Positions 1-64,000 of a DNA stretch of 64,000 nt are shown in pieces. The DNA comes from Octopus sinensis (taxonomy: Eukaryota). The notes below the pieces were generated by a model that was not told where the DNA came from, ran no database searches, and saw only the letters and a program-made list of their open reading frames with translations. The first letter of the stretch is position 1, and the number at the start of each line of letters is the position of its first letter. The DNA lies in assembly GCF_006345805.1 (NCBI RefSeq), contig NC_042998.1, positions 137,702,001 to 137,766,000 of the forward strand, given 5' to 3'. The translations under genes and the position numbers were made by a program.

Positions 1-3000
1 TAAATTGAACAAAATTCTGTTTACAGTTGAGTACCATTAATTATTTTTCTACCAGTTCACAGCATTATCTCTTCTCTCTTGATTATTTGTAATTTTCTCC
101 CTCACACTTGTACAGGTTTGTATCAACAAATAATTTTGTTTTTTGTTAAATAAAGATTTGGATTTGAAATATACATTTAAATTTGTTCTATTCTCAATCA
201 TATAAATATTGAGCCCCTGACTAATTTAAGCTATATAAATACTTAAAATTCCATGACATTTTAAAAGAACTCTCTGTTTTTCTATTTTGTTAACTCTAGC
301 TCATCATCTCCCGATTCGAACAACTCTCGGATGTGAGCAGTTTCATTTCCTGCCTGTTATTTATTTTTAATTTTTTTTTTTTAAATACTGACACCATAAC
401 TCCAGCTCCTCACTTGCATGCTTTCTTGTAGTGGTGGCTTCTAACCTTTTAAATCGACTGATGACCTCTCTCCCACCAGTTTTTAATATATATTTAGAAA
501 CGAATTAAAAGTTTATAATATATAATCTTACACCACAGAGAGAACTTAATATATCAAAATTTTATTCATGTAATCTTCTTGAAATATATTTGTATAGTTT
601 ACAATTGCCCAAACTGTTGAAATAACATCTTCTGGTTATCCTTAATTTGGCTATATACCTCTTAGCAGAATAATATTTAATTAAAATAGCTTATTCCAAA
701 CTAGAAAGGTAGAACTTTGTTTCTAATACAACAGTTTTATAAATAATGGGATTAGGACTTTGTGCCAGTTTAATTTTTTAGGTGCTGTGCTTGCACATTA
801 TTTGCATATGAGAAATATGAACAGCTTCTACCAGTTTGTATAGTGGATGTTAATGCAAGCTTAATTTTGTAGATTAAGTAAATTTTTGCATGAAAAATGC
901 TTTGGGGTTAGTCTTCAATATTTTTCTGAAAACTTGCTTGTCTTGTAGCAGTTGGTGTGATAAGCTAAATAGAATTTCATCCTTGGTATGAGGTTCTGCC
1001 TAACATTTCCTGCTGTGCGAACTTATTTTTACCTTACCCATTGCTAAGAGTACATCTATGCTTGATTGGATGATCTGTTTCCAGCAGTATTTTATAAGGG
1101 ATATAACAGGAAACTTATTTCATCTTAGTATTTCTTTTTTTGAATGGCCATTTGTGCAGCTATTTTCCAAATGTGTCCAAATTTCGATAACAGTTTACCC
1201 AAAATATTTTCTTGATAATATATGTTGATATATTATCATTATAAATTTTAGTTATTGTCTCTTTCTCAACTACGTGGATTTTCTTCATTTCAGCTGCTCT
1301 AGGTGGCATTCTGACAATCTGGACAGGTACTATGACTAGTCTTCTTCTCTACAAATCAAATGTATGGCTTTTTGTAACTGCCCATAAAATTATTTTTCAG
1401 TTGGCTCTATATTATTGTTTATGTACAAATATTTTTTTTATTATTATTTTTTATATATATATAAGTTCTAGTTGTTCATCTTTATTGTTGCCTCTTTCTC
1501 TCATAGTTTCTTCATTCTCACGTGTGCGCACACAAAAACAGCATTTGAAGGGATATATTTTTAATAGACAATTCCATTTTGCTCAAATTTCAAACTGGTA
1601 CCTGTTTGTTTATTCTTGAACGCCTGGGCTCTTGTAAAACAACATGGTATGTAGATGTACCTGTCCAGATTATCAAGATTTTTGAACCTTCCTAACTTGG
1701 TTTATGTATTTATTGATAGCTTATATTCAGTATATACCTTAATAAATTTTTGCAGCTTTACATTAATATGCTTCCTGCTTTTATTAGCAAAATAGTTAAA
1801 CATTACTTCCGCTTGTTAACTCAAACTCTTTTCTTTGTATAACAAATCAGTTTTATTTACTGCATTTGTAATTTACACAGCATAGATTTTGGAATTAACT
1901 TTAGAAGCCATAACTTAGAGTATAACATATGTTGGGTTTTTTTATGTATTTAATGCTAAATTTGGCATAACCATTTTAGTTAAATTTAATTGTATCTGTT
2001 TTCAAAGTAACAGTCAGAGGTATACATGCGTGTATTTTATCATTGGCCTAAGTACTACAAAGAAAAAAAAGCTACAGACATAGGCCCTCTTTAAATGTGG
2101 AGATTTTGTAGCACTAGAAAAAAAGTTGATTTTGGTTTGTTTTAGATGTATCCTTTGTGAATTTAGTCACATCTAAAATGTTATTGGCAATGAATTCTAA
2201 TCAGTTTGACAAGAAATTTAAAGAGGAGTTGGATATGTTGTTTTAACAGTTTGTTGAGCAATTTTCCTGGTAAATTTAGCATTACAATAATTATAAAACA
2301 GCTTTTGTAAGACAAATATGCACTTCTGAATATTCAAGATAAAGTATTTAAAAATGCTTATGTGCTTAACAGTGAAATTTTATCAAACTTTGTTTGAGGA
2401 GCATATTGCTGGTGGGTGGGGGGTATGCAAGGTACTTTCTCTATTCTTTCTGCTATTTGTCGCTTGATTTCATTGTTGAGTATTGCTGCATGTGTTTTAA
2501 GTGTCCTGTGGTGTTGCATGCTCTGTATTTTACTCACCCAGTTGTGAAAAGAACAATATCTTTTAACATAGTACTCAATGTAGTGTATTGAGTCGCTCTC
2601 TCTCTAAACATGTTGTAAATCTAGTTTCAAACTGCATGCCTGAGTTGGGAATAATCATCCCTATCAATTTATTACATATTTGAAATTGTTTGGGATCATT
2701 CTCATAGGATTGTTTTGTGCCTATGCTGACAAGCCATGAGTTTATTGTACTATACAGTAAAAGTATATTCGTTTCAAATCTTGGTGAAGTTCAATGCTTT
2801 CTAGATGACTTGCATGAGGTTCAGTTATTAGAATACCTATTATTCCCTTTTGTTCCCGATTTATTTTGCCTGCATTTTTCAATATCTTAGAAGAAATACA
2901 GGGAACGAAACCAGATATCTGGCACTGATTCCAGATCTCTCTCAGAATATATTTTACGTTTCTTAAATGTTGATCATTGCCAAGCTAAACACTTTCTCCC

Positions 3001-3545
3001 TTCTGTGTCCTGCAGGTGAAGGATAGTTTCTTTTCTAGATAAATTTGTTGCATGAATAGTAGAATTGTCTCCAATGCTTTGTAATTAGCTGATAGTTTTG
3101 CTGTAATTTTCAATTTGATAATTGTAAGTGTATTCGTATTTGCTATATATTTAATAATACATGAGACACAGTGGCCTGTTGGACAAGATAATCAAATCTC
3201 TAGCTCTCTGCTTTTGTGTTTGTATCCTGTCGTGGACATTGAATTGTCTCTAGTTGAGACACTAAAATCTGCTACCTCATATCTTAAGAAATAACAATCA
3301 TAATTATTGTTATATGTCAGAAATGTTAATTATATAATTGTAGATATATTGCTAGTAGACTTTTTGATGGGCTCTTTACATTGCCATCTGTAGAGAGCAT
3401 AACACTCCATCTACTACTACACAGACATATCAGTATTGTGTATTTAGATATTGTTAGCCATTTCTACTTTGTATTGTATATTATTAAATTTATCACTTAA
3501 ATTTAGTTTAACATAGAGGTAAATTTTAACTTTAAAATATCCTAA

Positions 3546-13039
<9,494 letters not shown>

Positions 13040-13412
13040 TGCTTACACACATTACTGAACATTGTTACATAATTCATATTGCTTCACTTCCATCTATAGT
13101 TGGGTTAATGAAATAAAGACTGAAGTGATCTTTCTGCTCTTCTTCCATGAAACATCCCTTTTGGAATCTCTTCCCTCTCCCTCTCTCAAGTGCAGCCTAT
13201 TACACAATAGACCATTCTCTTACTCTCTGACCACTATTCCTTCAGTCTGTTTCTCTTATCACAATATCTATTTGCAATCAACCAACACCATTTTTATGTG
13301 GAAAGTCCTATTGTGTTTCTCATTGCTTTAGTATTAAAAGTAATTTTTTTTCTTTCACTTAATTTACTCGATCTATATGAGGCATGTCCTATAACGATAT
13401 TCCTGTTATGTA

Positions 13413-13418
13413 AATAAA
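13413..13418 (+). terminator. Probable RBBP4 polyadenylation signal AATAAA
   Basis: AATAAA about 375 nt after the stop, followed by a T- and GT-rich downstream element at 13430-13460; a second AATAAA lies at 13112-13117. Confidence 0.55.
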
Positions 13419-16400
13419 TAATACAACACTTTTTTTTTTCTTTGTGTGTTGTATTCTATTCTCCTTTCTGCTGATGTCGAACCTTTTGTATTTTTGAGAA
13501 GCAATGAAATTAACATTTGTGGGTTTTATGTATGAAGAAACTTGGGAGTTAATTATTTTTGATGATTTGTAGGCATGGCTTCAGGTTCAGTCATACTGCA
13601 TGACACCTTGTGCAAGCTTTTTTTATTATAGCCCCAGACTAACCAATACTTTCTAAATAAATTTGGTAAACAGAAACTGGGAGGCTGTTGTGTGTGTGTG
13701 TGTTTTAACTTTTTTATAAGTGTTGGTTGGCTAATTGCAACAGAAAATTGTTATCTCTCCTTACCATGCCCCCAGTGTTTATTCAAGAAATAGGTTACTT
13801 GTACAGCTTGCTATTTTGCCTGACTCTAGTAGTTCTGCCTATTGGTAACATTCCAGTCTTCATTGTAGTTAGGAGACACCAGCTTTGGATTTGAATAGGA
13901 CTAAATGAAAAGTACTTTTTCTTCCATTCCTGACTAGTTTGAAAAAAGAGATAGCATGAAGTTGCTATAAGAAGGGTTATTTCTATGGCTTTTGACAAAG
14001 AAGGCAAATCTGGTTGTACACAACTTGCTAGCTGAAGGTACAAAACCCATTGTGCAAAACACCAGATGACGCACACGAAGTTAGTAGCATATTGGGTTAG
14101 ATGTGGTCTACAAAAAATTTGTGTAGCAGCTACACCATCCAGCTGTAGGAAAAGTAATGTACAATACAGACATTAAGTAGTTCACTTTGGGTGCAGCTAC
14201 TTGAGCAGTGTTTTCTGAACCTTGAGATTGGAGTGCATTTGATAGGCAAAAGCAAAAAGGAATCTGTTGTGTGAATGCTGACATGGCCAATGTCTGCTGG
14301 CAGAATGAATTAATCCTTACTTTAATAATTGAGGGTTGGTAAGAAAAAGCTAGCTATAAAATCCTCTCGGATACAATTCCATGCAAACCTTATGCTGAAA
14401 TATTTCCTGTTTAAAATATGAAGACATGTATGTGTAGATTGTAGTTTGTAAATGGCAATGCATTGGCTTGACGAAATTTCTGATCTAAAAAATGGTTAAA
14501 ATATTTTCCAAGGTTCTCGAGCTTGATTATCAGTCAAGTCTTTGCCAAAGATTTTAAGAGCAAGGTGTTTATGGAGAGCAGTGATGTCACATTGAAAGTG
14601 TAGAAGGAATATGTTTACATTCTTATTCATGCTGTTAAGAATAAAATTTATGTTAATGACAAGCCCTGTTAAGACATATATGATAATAGAGCTGTCCACT
14701 ACAGTAATAGCTTAATCCCTGACCTACATAACTTCCAAGTATTCCATGCTATGATTGGAGGTGGAATTGGGTAACATATGTGATCTAGCTGATACTGGAT
14801 TTGTCCAGGTTGATGTAAGAAATCTGACCTGTTTAACATTTTACCTGGTGAGAGCAGATTACATGTGATGTAATTTGCAAATGCATTAATAAAATTGTAC
14901 AACAGTTGTCATGAATTTTAAATGCCATTTGTGTTTCCTTTTATACACCATACAAAGAACCAACCCCAGAGTCTCTTTGTTTTAAAGTGTCAGGTGAGTA
15001 CAGAGCATAATGTCAATGACTGACAAAAGAATGTTGCACAAGCACTCAGTGACTAGTGCAATACTTTCTATAACAGAAACAGCTGAAAGTTAGTGAAGGC
15101 TAATTCATTTTCTTTTGTATCATCATTTTAACATCCACTTTTTCATGGACTTGGAATTCGTTGAGGCAGATTTTCTACAGTTGTATACCCTGATAGATAA
15201 ACACCTATTTCCCTATAGTTGCTTTAAAAGTCCTGAAGGCCAGACTTGCTCTATGCCTCACATAATTTTAGTATAGGCACATTTGTATGGATGCATACAT
15301 GTATTATTATATGTTCAGGTGTGGTTTACATAGTTTGCTTCACAGTGACAGTTCCTTTGATTATTTTAGCAAAATGTCTCATAAGCTTCAGGTAAAAAGT
15401 AAGCTTGGCTGTATTTGCCAACCGAGGCTTTGCAAATGGAAACACTCATGTTTGTGTGTGTGTATTTTACATGTTTATGAAAACAATTTGTAATGCTTGG
15501 ATAGTGTTTGTTGCCAGTTCTGTCAACAAGCACCCATACTTTCAAAAGCACATGGAATTATACCTTACTTAATACAGGAGGGGCATCAGACTGCAATAAC
15601 CTAGTTAGCCTATGGAAATGGAAGTAAGAAGCCACATAAATTTTCAAAAATCTTAATATAATGCCATCATTTAATATCCATATTACAGTTGGATTGCTTA
15701 ATGAGATCTGACAACTCAGAAGACTACTTCATACTGTAGTGTTTGTTTTCTAATGCCAGCTACTTCACAACACAAATGGGTGCTTTCCTGTTGTCATGCA
15801 ACTTGCAAGGCTGAATGTATCCCAAGAGGACAACTATGCTAGGTGGTGCAAAATGGAGAGGGGTGAAGTATGAAAAGAACAAAGGGCCACAACTAACAAT
15901 ACAAAAATAGATAAGTTTATAAATTAATGTAAAAATTACTAGTACACATTTAGTAGAATTATAAAGAACATTTTGCAACACTTTAAACGAATCTTTCTTT
16001 GAATAGTCATTTATTTCATATTTTCAAAACAAAAATATATAATACACACACACATAAGCCATACAAAAACACTTATTCTTCCCATCATCTTGACCCCAAA
16101 TTTGTTAAAATTATTACCCTAGCAATTCCACTACATATCTAATCTTGACTTATTCTCACCTTTTTTTTCCTCTTCCTCTTAAAACTCTCCCAATTGTAAA
16201 TTACTATTTTAACACCCTTTTCTTAGAAAGTTTCTGGTGGTTCCCCTACCTGTAGTATTAAAAAAAATTTTCACTAATAAGCAGTGTGTCAACAAATATC
16301 AACATCAGATACTACTTCACACAAGTGGTGACGAGCAAAATACAATCATTGATGGATATTCACATGCTGAGACGCGTGTGTTATATGATGGGCTTCCTGC

Positions 16401-16984
16401 AGTTTCTGTCGACTGAATTCCCTAAAGTATCATTGGTTGGTCCAAAGCTACAGTGGAAAACACTTACTAAAAGAGGTTGCATAATGGGATTTAAACCACA
16501 GGCATGGATGATAGGTATGTGGTTAACAATAGCACTTCTCAACATGGTTTAGATTCAGTCCCAATGTGCAATACCTTGGGCTAAGAAACCCATTGAACAT
16601 TTCTTTGTGATCCCTTGCCCTGATATCACAATGGTGGTAAATGAACAATACCATAATATAAGGAAACATTCAGTTATTGTGTTGTTCTTGTTCAAAACAG
16701 CATGGGGCAATATTAGCTTGTGTGGAAACAAGTGAGGATTTGTGGCATGAAGGGCATCTAGCTATAGAAAACTCAACCTCGAATTTCATCTAACAGATGG
16801 AAACATTGAAAATTGCACATTAGAAATACAATGATGGTAATGATATATATCTCCATGTTCTTGCCTCTTCTACCATCTCACTTGTTGCTTTTGGGATGTC
16901 TTGCTCCTATTCCCTTTCTATGTTATCTGTGAAAAAGTACATGTCCTATGCTTATACTCCCCACTCTGCTCGTCTCTATTATCC

Positions 16985-17520
16985 ATTCGTTTTGCAGTGC
17001 TTCTGTAAAATTCTGTTTTCTACTGGGGGAAAACAGCAACCAAAACAATTGTCATGCTTCAAACAGCTTACAAGGATGCTGCCATGAGCAAAACAAGTTT
17101 ATTAGTGGTTTCCACTCTTTAGGAATGGTCACTTGTCACTTGAAGACCAACCTTCCAAACGAATGAAAATTCATGAACTGATCTTGGAGGACCATTACCG
17201 AACAATTGAACTTGTTGATATGACTGGTGTGTCCTGGAGCTCCTGCCAATGAATTTTGAGTGAGGAATTGTAAATGAAAAGAATTGCTGCAAAATTTTGT
17301 GCCTCGCTTACTCATGTCTGAATGCATGTCATGACCTAAAAGAGCAGTTGGAAGTTGAACCAGACCTCTTTTTGAAGGTTATCACTGACAACAGCTAGTG
17401 CTACAGAATTTGCAGATATGGAAATGGTGAAGAAAGAAATGATGTTAAAAAGCATCACTTCGCCTGGACCAATGCACTGCTTCAAAGGAGAATACTTTGA
17501 AAGCAGTAAGAGTGTAAACA
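16985..17520 (+). mobile_element. Mariner transposase relic (N-terminal HTH plus C-terminal tip)
   Basis: SVKFCFLLG.KTATKTIVMLQTAYKD...MKRIAAKFVPRLL...DQCTASKGEYFE across frameshifts. Confidence 0.8.
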
Positions 17521-18058
17521 TGTAAAACTAAGTGAATGAAATAATACAAAATTTTGGTTTCATTTAGGTACCCCCTCGTATGTGTGTACAATGGGTCTGG
17601 AGCTAAGACATGTGCCCAAGATATGCAGTGGGACTGAACTAACCTTATAGCTGTATCTCTACTTCTTCCAATCATAAATTGTATAAGTTGAATGCCTATA
17701 GGTTTAAATATATACACCTTGAAAATGAATGAACTATATATTACAGATTCTTTGAATCATACAACATACATTTTATAATTATTATTGAAAATGATAGAAT
17801 ATTTACTATATGCACTAGATTTTAATTTTGGCTCAAATTCTTGTTTCAAAAGAAGAAAGTGGTCAATAAGTGTAGTTATCCATGTCAAATGAAATTTTGC
17901 AACTAGTATCCCCCTTAATACAAAGCTTTTAAAATTGGATTTACTAGCTCCATTATTGCAGACTATAGAAGTCCTTGATAAAAAGGAAAAGACAAATTCA
18001 TTATGAAACTTCACCACTAACATCCAATCCACGGAATGATCACGACAATGAATAAATG

Positions 18059-18064
18059 TTTATT
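18059..18064 (-). terminator. Candidate KNL1 polyadenylation signal
   Basis: AATAAA on the minus strand about 63 nt after the stop; not verified. Confidence 0.35.
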
Positions 18065-18126
18065 CTAAAATTACATTTAGAGAAATGAAAATGAAAGTAA
18101 TTTATACATTATGAAGTCTTGTAGTT

Positions 18127-60945
<42,819 letters not shown>

Positions 60946-61086
60946 TTTTTGATATCTGTTAGAAAAACAACAGAAATTATTCTTAAGTTCAAAGTAAAGT
61001 AGTTTGATTGAATTAGTATTTATAAATATTAGACAATAACAATTGTTATTGGAAACAATGTATTTTAGAGGCAAAAAGTATGGAGA

Positions 61087-61530
61087 TCATCATCATCATC
61101 GTTTAACATCCATTTTCCATGCTGGCATGGGTTGGACGGTTCAACCGGGGTCTGAGAAGCCAGGAGGCTACACCAGGCCTCAATCCGATCTGGCAGTGTT
61201 TCTACAGCTGGATGCCCTTCCTAATGCTAACCACTACGAGAGTATAGTGGGTGCTGTTTACATGCCACCAGCATAGGGGCCAGAGGAGCTGGCATCGACC
61301 ACGATCGGATGGTGCTTTTTATATGCCACCAGCACAGAAGCCAGACAAAGCGGCACTGGTATTATATGTGCTACTGGCACGGGGCTCACAACTACAATTA
61401 CCATTTGATTTGATTTTGATATTGCTGTTGATGTACTTGACTCAATAGGTCTCTTCAAGCATGGCATGTCACCCTAAAATCCAAGGTACTTTAAGTGGGC
61501 TGGTTATGTGACACTGGTGTAGGTTACAGC
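61087..61530 (-). mobile_element. RTE LINE 3'-UTR fragment
   Basis: Similar to 62425-62930, including the (GAT)n tail and the gaagggcatccagctgtagaaa block. Confidence 0.8.
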
Positions 61531-61654
61531 TGTGTGAATATCAAAAAGACAAAGATGATAATTTGAAATTGTAAGGCATATGATAAGGTGAAAAGAACAG
61601 GGAAGTGACCATATGCAGTGAGCAGGAAGTGTGAGAGCTCAAAATCTCTCGTGG

Positions 61655-61957
61655 AAGCGTCATCCAACCAAAATGCAAATATATGGGAAAAAACCACCTG
61701 TCATCTTTTGTGAAAGGTAGGAGAGTCCAGTTTGCTGGACATTGTTGTAGAGCTGAAAACGAGGCAATTTCTACTCTTCTCCTCTGGAAGCCATCTACTC
61801 GCAATACCAGAGGGCGCACACTCTCCTACCTTGATGTAATCTCCAGGGATACAGGCATCCAGCAACAGGACCTCCGTAATGCTATGATGGACCGTGAAGT
61901 CTGGCGTAGCATGGTAAATTCCATTGTCTCGACCATGGTCGAACAATGATGATGATG
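61655..61957 (+). mobile_element. 5'-truncated non-LTR retrotransposon 3' end (RTE-X-like)
   Basis: RRVQFAGHCCRAENEAISTLLLWKP...RGRTLSYLDVISRDTG...MMDREVWR* followed by a (TGA)n tail; clade assigned from recalled motifs. Confidence 0.75.
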
Positions 61958-61995
61958 TTGGAGTGTGCAGTTGCTTTTATGTCCATTATATATAT

Positions 61996-62149
61996 AGTTA
62001 CAAGAAGTGTAGTGAAGTTTGTGGTCATTTCTTTGTTTAACATATTGTCTGCTTGTTCTGTGCTTTCGATGGCATATGAAATAGGTCTCTTACTTGGAAA
62101 ATAGGTTATGGTTAGCAAAAGGAAGGACATCCAGCTGTAAAACAATATC

Positions 62150-62211
<62 letters not shown>

Positions 62212-62365
62212 GATATTGTTTTACAGCTGGATGTCCTTCCTTTTGCTAACCATAACCTATTTTCCAAGTAAGAGACCTATTTCATATGCCATCGAAAGCA
62301 CAGAACAAGCAGACAATATGTTAAACAAAGAAATGACCACAAACTTCACTACACTTCTTGTAACT
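61996..62365. repeat. Perfect 370-nt palindrome centred on (TA)24
   Basis: 61996-62156 is the exact reverse complement of 62205-62365; the ORF track gives identical peptides on opposite strands (61882-62151 and 62210-62464). Confidence 0.95.
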
Positions 62366-62424
62366 CAGGACTACCACGCAAAATGCACAGGATGTAAGCA
62401 TTCACAGATACACTATATATATAT

Positions 62425-64000
62425 ATCATCATCATCATCGTTTAGCGTCCGCTTTCCATGCTAGCGGTTCAACTGGGGTCTGGGAAGCCAGAAGGCTGCA
62501 CCAGGCCCAGTTTGATCTGGCAATTTTTCTACGGTTGGATGCCCTTCCTAACGCCAACCACTCCATGAGTGTAGTGGGCGCTTTTTACGTGCCACCGGCA
62601 CAGGCGCCAGACGAGTCTGGCAAACAGCCACGATCGGATGGTGCTTTTTATGTGCCACCGGCACGAGGCCAGTCGGGGCGGCGCTGGCAATGGCCACAAA
62701 CGGATGGTGCTTTTTACGTGCCACCGGCACGAGGCCAGTCGGGGTGGCGCTGGCAACGGCCACGTTCGGATGGTTCTCTTACGTGCCACCGGCACTGGTA
62801 ACTCAGCTGCAATTTCCATTGATCGATTTCGATTCTGATTCTCACTTGCCTCAACAGGTCTTCACAAGTAGAGTTTTGTGTCCCAAGAAGGGAAGGTATG
62901 CATAAGTGGACTGGCTACATCCCATGTAGAAGACCACGGGTTATGGTCTCAGTTGTCCTGCCGGGTCTTCTCACGCACAGCATACTTCCAGAGGTCTCGG
63001 TCTCTAGTCATTTCCTCAGTGAGACCTAAAGTTTGAAGGTCGTGCTTCACCACCACGTCCCAGGTTTTCCTGGGTCTGCCTCTTCCACAGGTTCCCTCAA
63101 CCGCTAGGGTGTGGCACTTTTTCACACAACTATCTTCATCCATTCTCGCCACATGTCCATACCAGCGCAAACGTCTCTCTTGCACACCACATCTGATGCT
63201 TCTTAGGTCCAGCTTTTCTCTCAAGGTACTTACACTCTGTCGAGTATGAATACTGACATTACACATCCATCGGAGCATACTGGCTTCATTTCTTGCGAGC
63301 TTACGCATATCCTCAGCAGTCACGGCCCATGTTTCACTGTCATGTAGCATGGCTGTTCGTACACACGCGTCATACAGTCTGCCTTTTACTCTGAGCGAGA
63401 GGCCTTTTGTCACCACCAGAGGTAAGAGCTCTCTGAACTTTGCCCAAGCTATTCTTACTCTAGCAGTTACACTTTCAGCACACCCGCCCCCGCTGCTGAC
63501 TTGGACACCTAGGTAACGGAAGCTATTAATTATTTCTAGTTTTTCTCCCTGGAAAGTGACAGAAGTTGGTCTCAGAGCATTTTCAGTGTTTATTGTTCCT
63601 GAGCATCTGCCACATACAAAAACTATCTTCCTAGTTAACCTTCCTTTGACGTTGCTGCACCTCTTATGTGTCCATAGCTTACACTTGGTGCATCTTATAG
63701 AGTTTCTACCTACACCTTTTCTACAGATCGAGCAGGGCCATCTACCTGAAGGCGTTTGTGATTTGTCTACCTTCCTACTTATTAGGACTTTGGTTTTAGC
63801 TAGATTGACTCTAAGGCCCTTCGATTCTAATCCTTGCTTCCACACCTGAAACTTCTCCTCCAGTTCTGATAGTGACTCAGCAATTAGAGCAAGGTCATCA
63901 GCATAGAGGAGCTCCCAAGGGCATCCTATCTTGAATTCCTCTGTTATTGCCTGGAGGACTATGATAAATAGGAGGGGGCTGAGGACTGAGCCTTGGTGGA
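62425..64000 (-). mobile_element. RTE-clade LINE, 3' portion, running off the window edge; RT ORF open
   Basis: Uninterrupted frame 63998 to 62949: QGSVLSPLLF...YADD (63894-63905)...RRLRWYGHVARM...GRGRP.KTW; 3' UTR with tandem repeats and a (GAT)n tail. Confidence 0.93.
62578..62790. repeat. About 3.3 tandem copies of a 63-66-nt unit in the RTE 3' UTR
   Basis: Unit starts at 62578, 62641, 62707 and 62773. Confidence 0.9.

Noticed and set aside
299-338. Small hairpin gctca...tgagc with a B-box-like gattcgaac
   Set aside because: Imperfect ~12-bp stem, no cloverleaf and no C/D or H/ACA boxes; cannot support an RNA gene.
2148-2156. GTATCCTTT, a U12-type donor consensus right after an AG-AT
   Set aside because: It would imply a 2-nt exon, and there is no TCCTTAAC branch site before the next acceptor (3598); probably chance.
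17757-18032. Minus-strand ORF with a good acceptor, first considered as the last KNL1 exon
   Set aside because: Exon 18127-18232 matches the KNL1 C-terminal helix (EDIARRLRKV...YFTRLV) far better and supplies the stop; this ORF lies downstream of it.
62578-62790. CRISPR-like array
   Set aside because: Head-to-tail tandem units without unique spacers, inside a eukaryotic LINE; no cas genes.

Overview
AT-rich eukaryotic intron/exon DNA, most likely an octopus genome. That assignment is inferred from the recalled SINE/RTE-LINE repertoire, (GAT)n tails and dense microsatellites; no database search was run. The window holds two convergent multi-exon genes. (1) On the + strand, the last 12 coding exons of RBBP4/RBBP7 (p55/RbAp48 WD40 histone chaperone), 3599-13039; the 5' exons lie before position 1. 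(2) On the - strand, a complete-looking KNL1 (CASC5/Spc105) kinetochore scaffold, reconstructed by hand as 24 phase-consistent GT-AG exons, 18127-60945, about 2162 aa. It has SSILK and RVSF PP1 motifs, TxxF-MDLT modules, a 4.4-kb central exon, a coiled coil and tandem RWD domains. The ORF track shows only fragments of both genes. The most unusual feature is the KNL1 central exon: only two canonical MELT-type motifs, and instead five copies of a ~121-aa module (three near-identical tandem copies), each with an S(I/V)LK...K(K/R)TxF-like motif pair. Introns contain many transposable elements: an ORF-intact RTE LINE at the right edge plus its truncated 3' ends, CORE-like and Meta-like SINEs, mariner, maT, Tigger, hAT and piggyBac relics, TTAA MITEs and a solo LTR. 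There is also a perfect 370-nt palindrome and an inverted SINE pair beside the RVSF exons.
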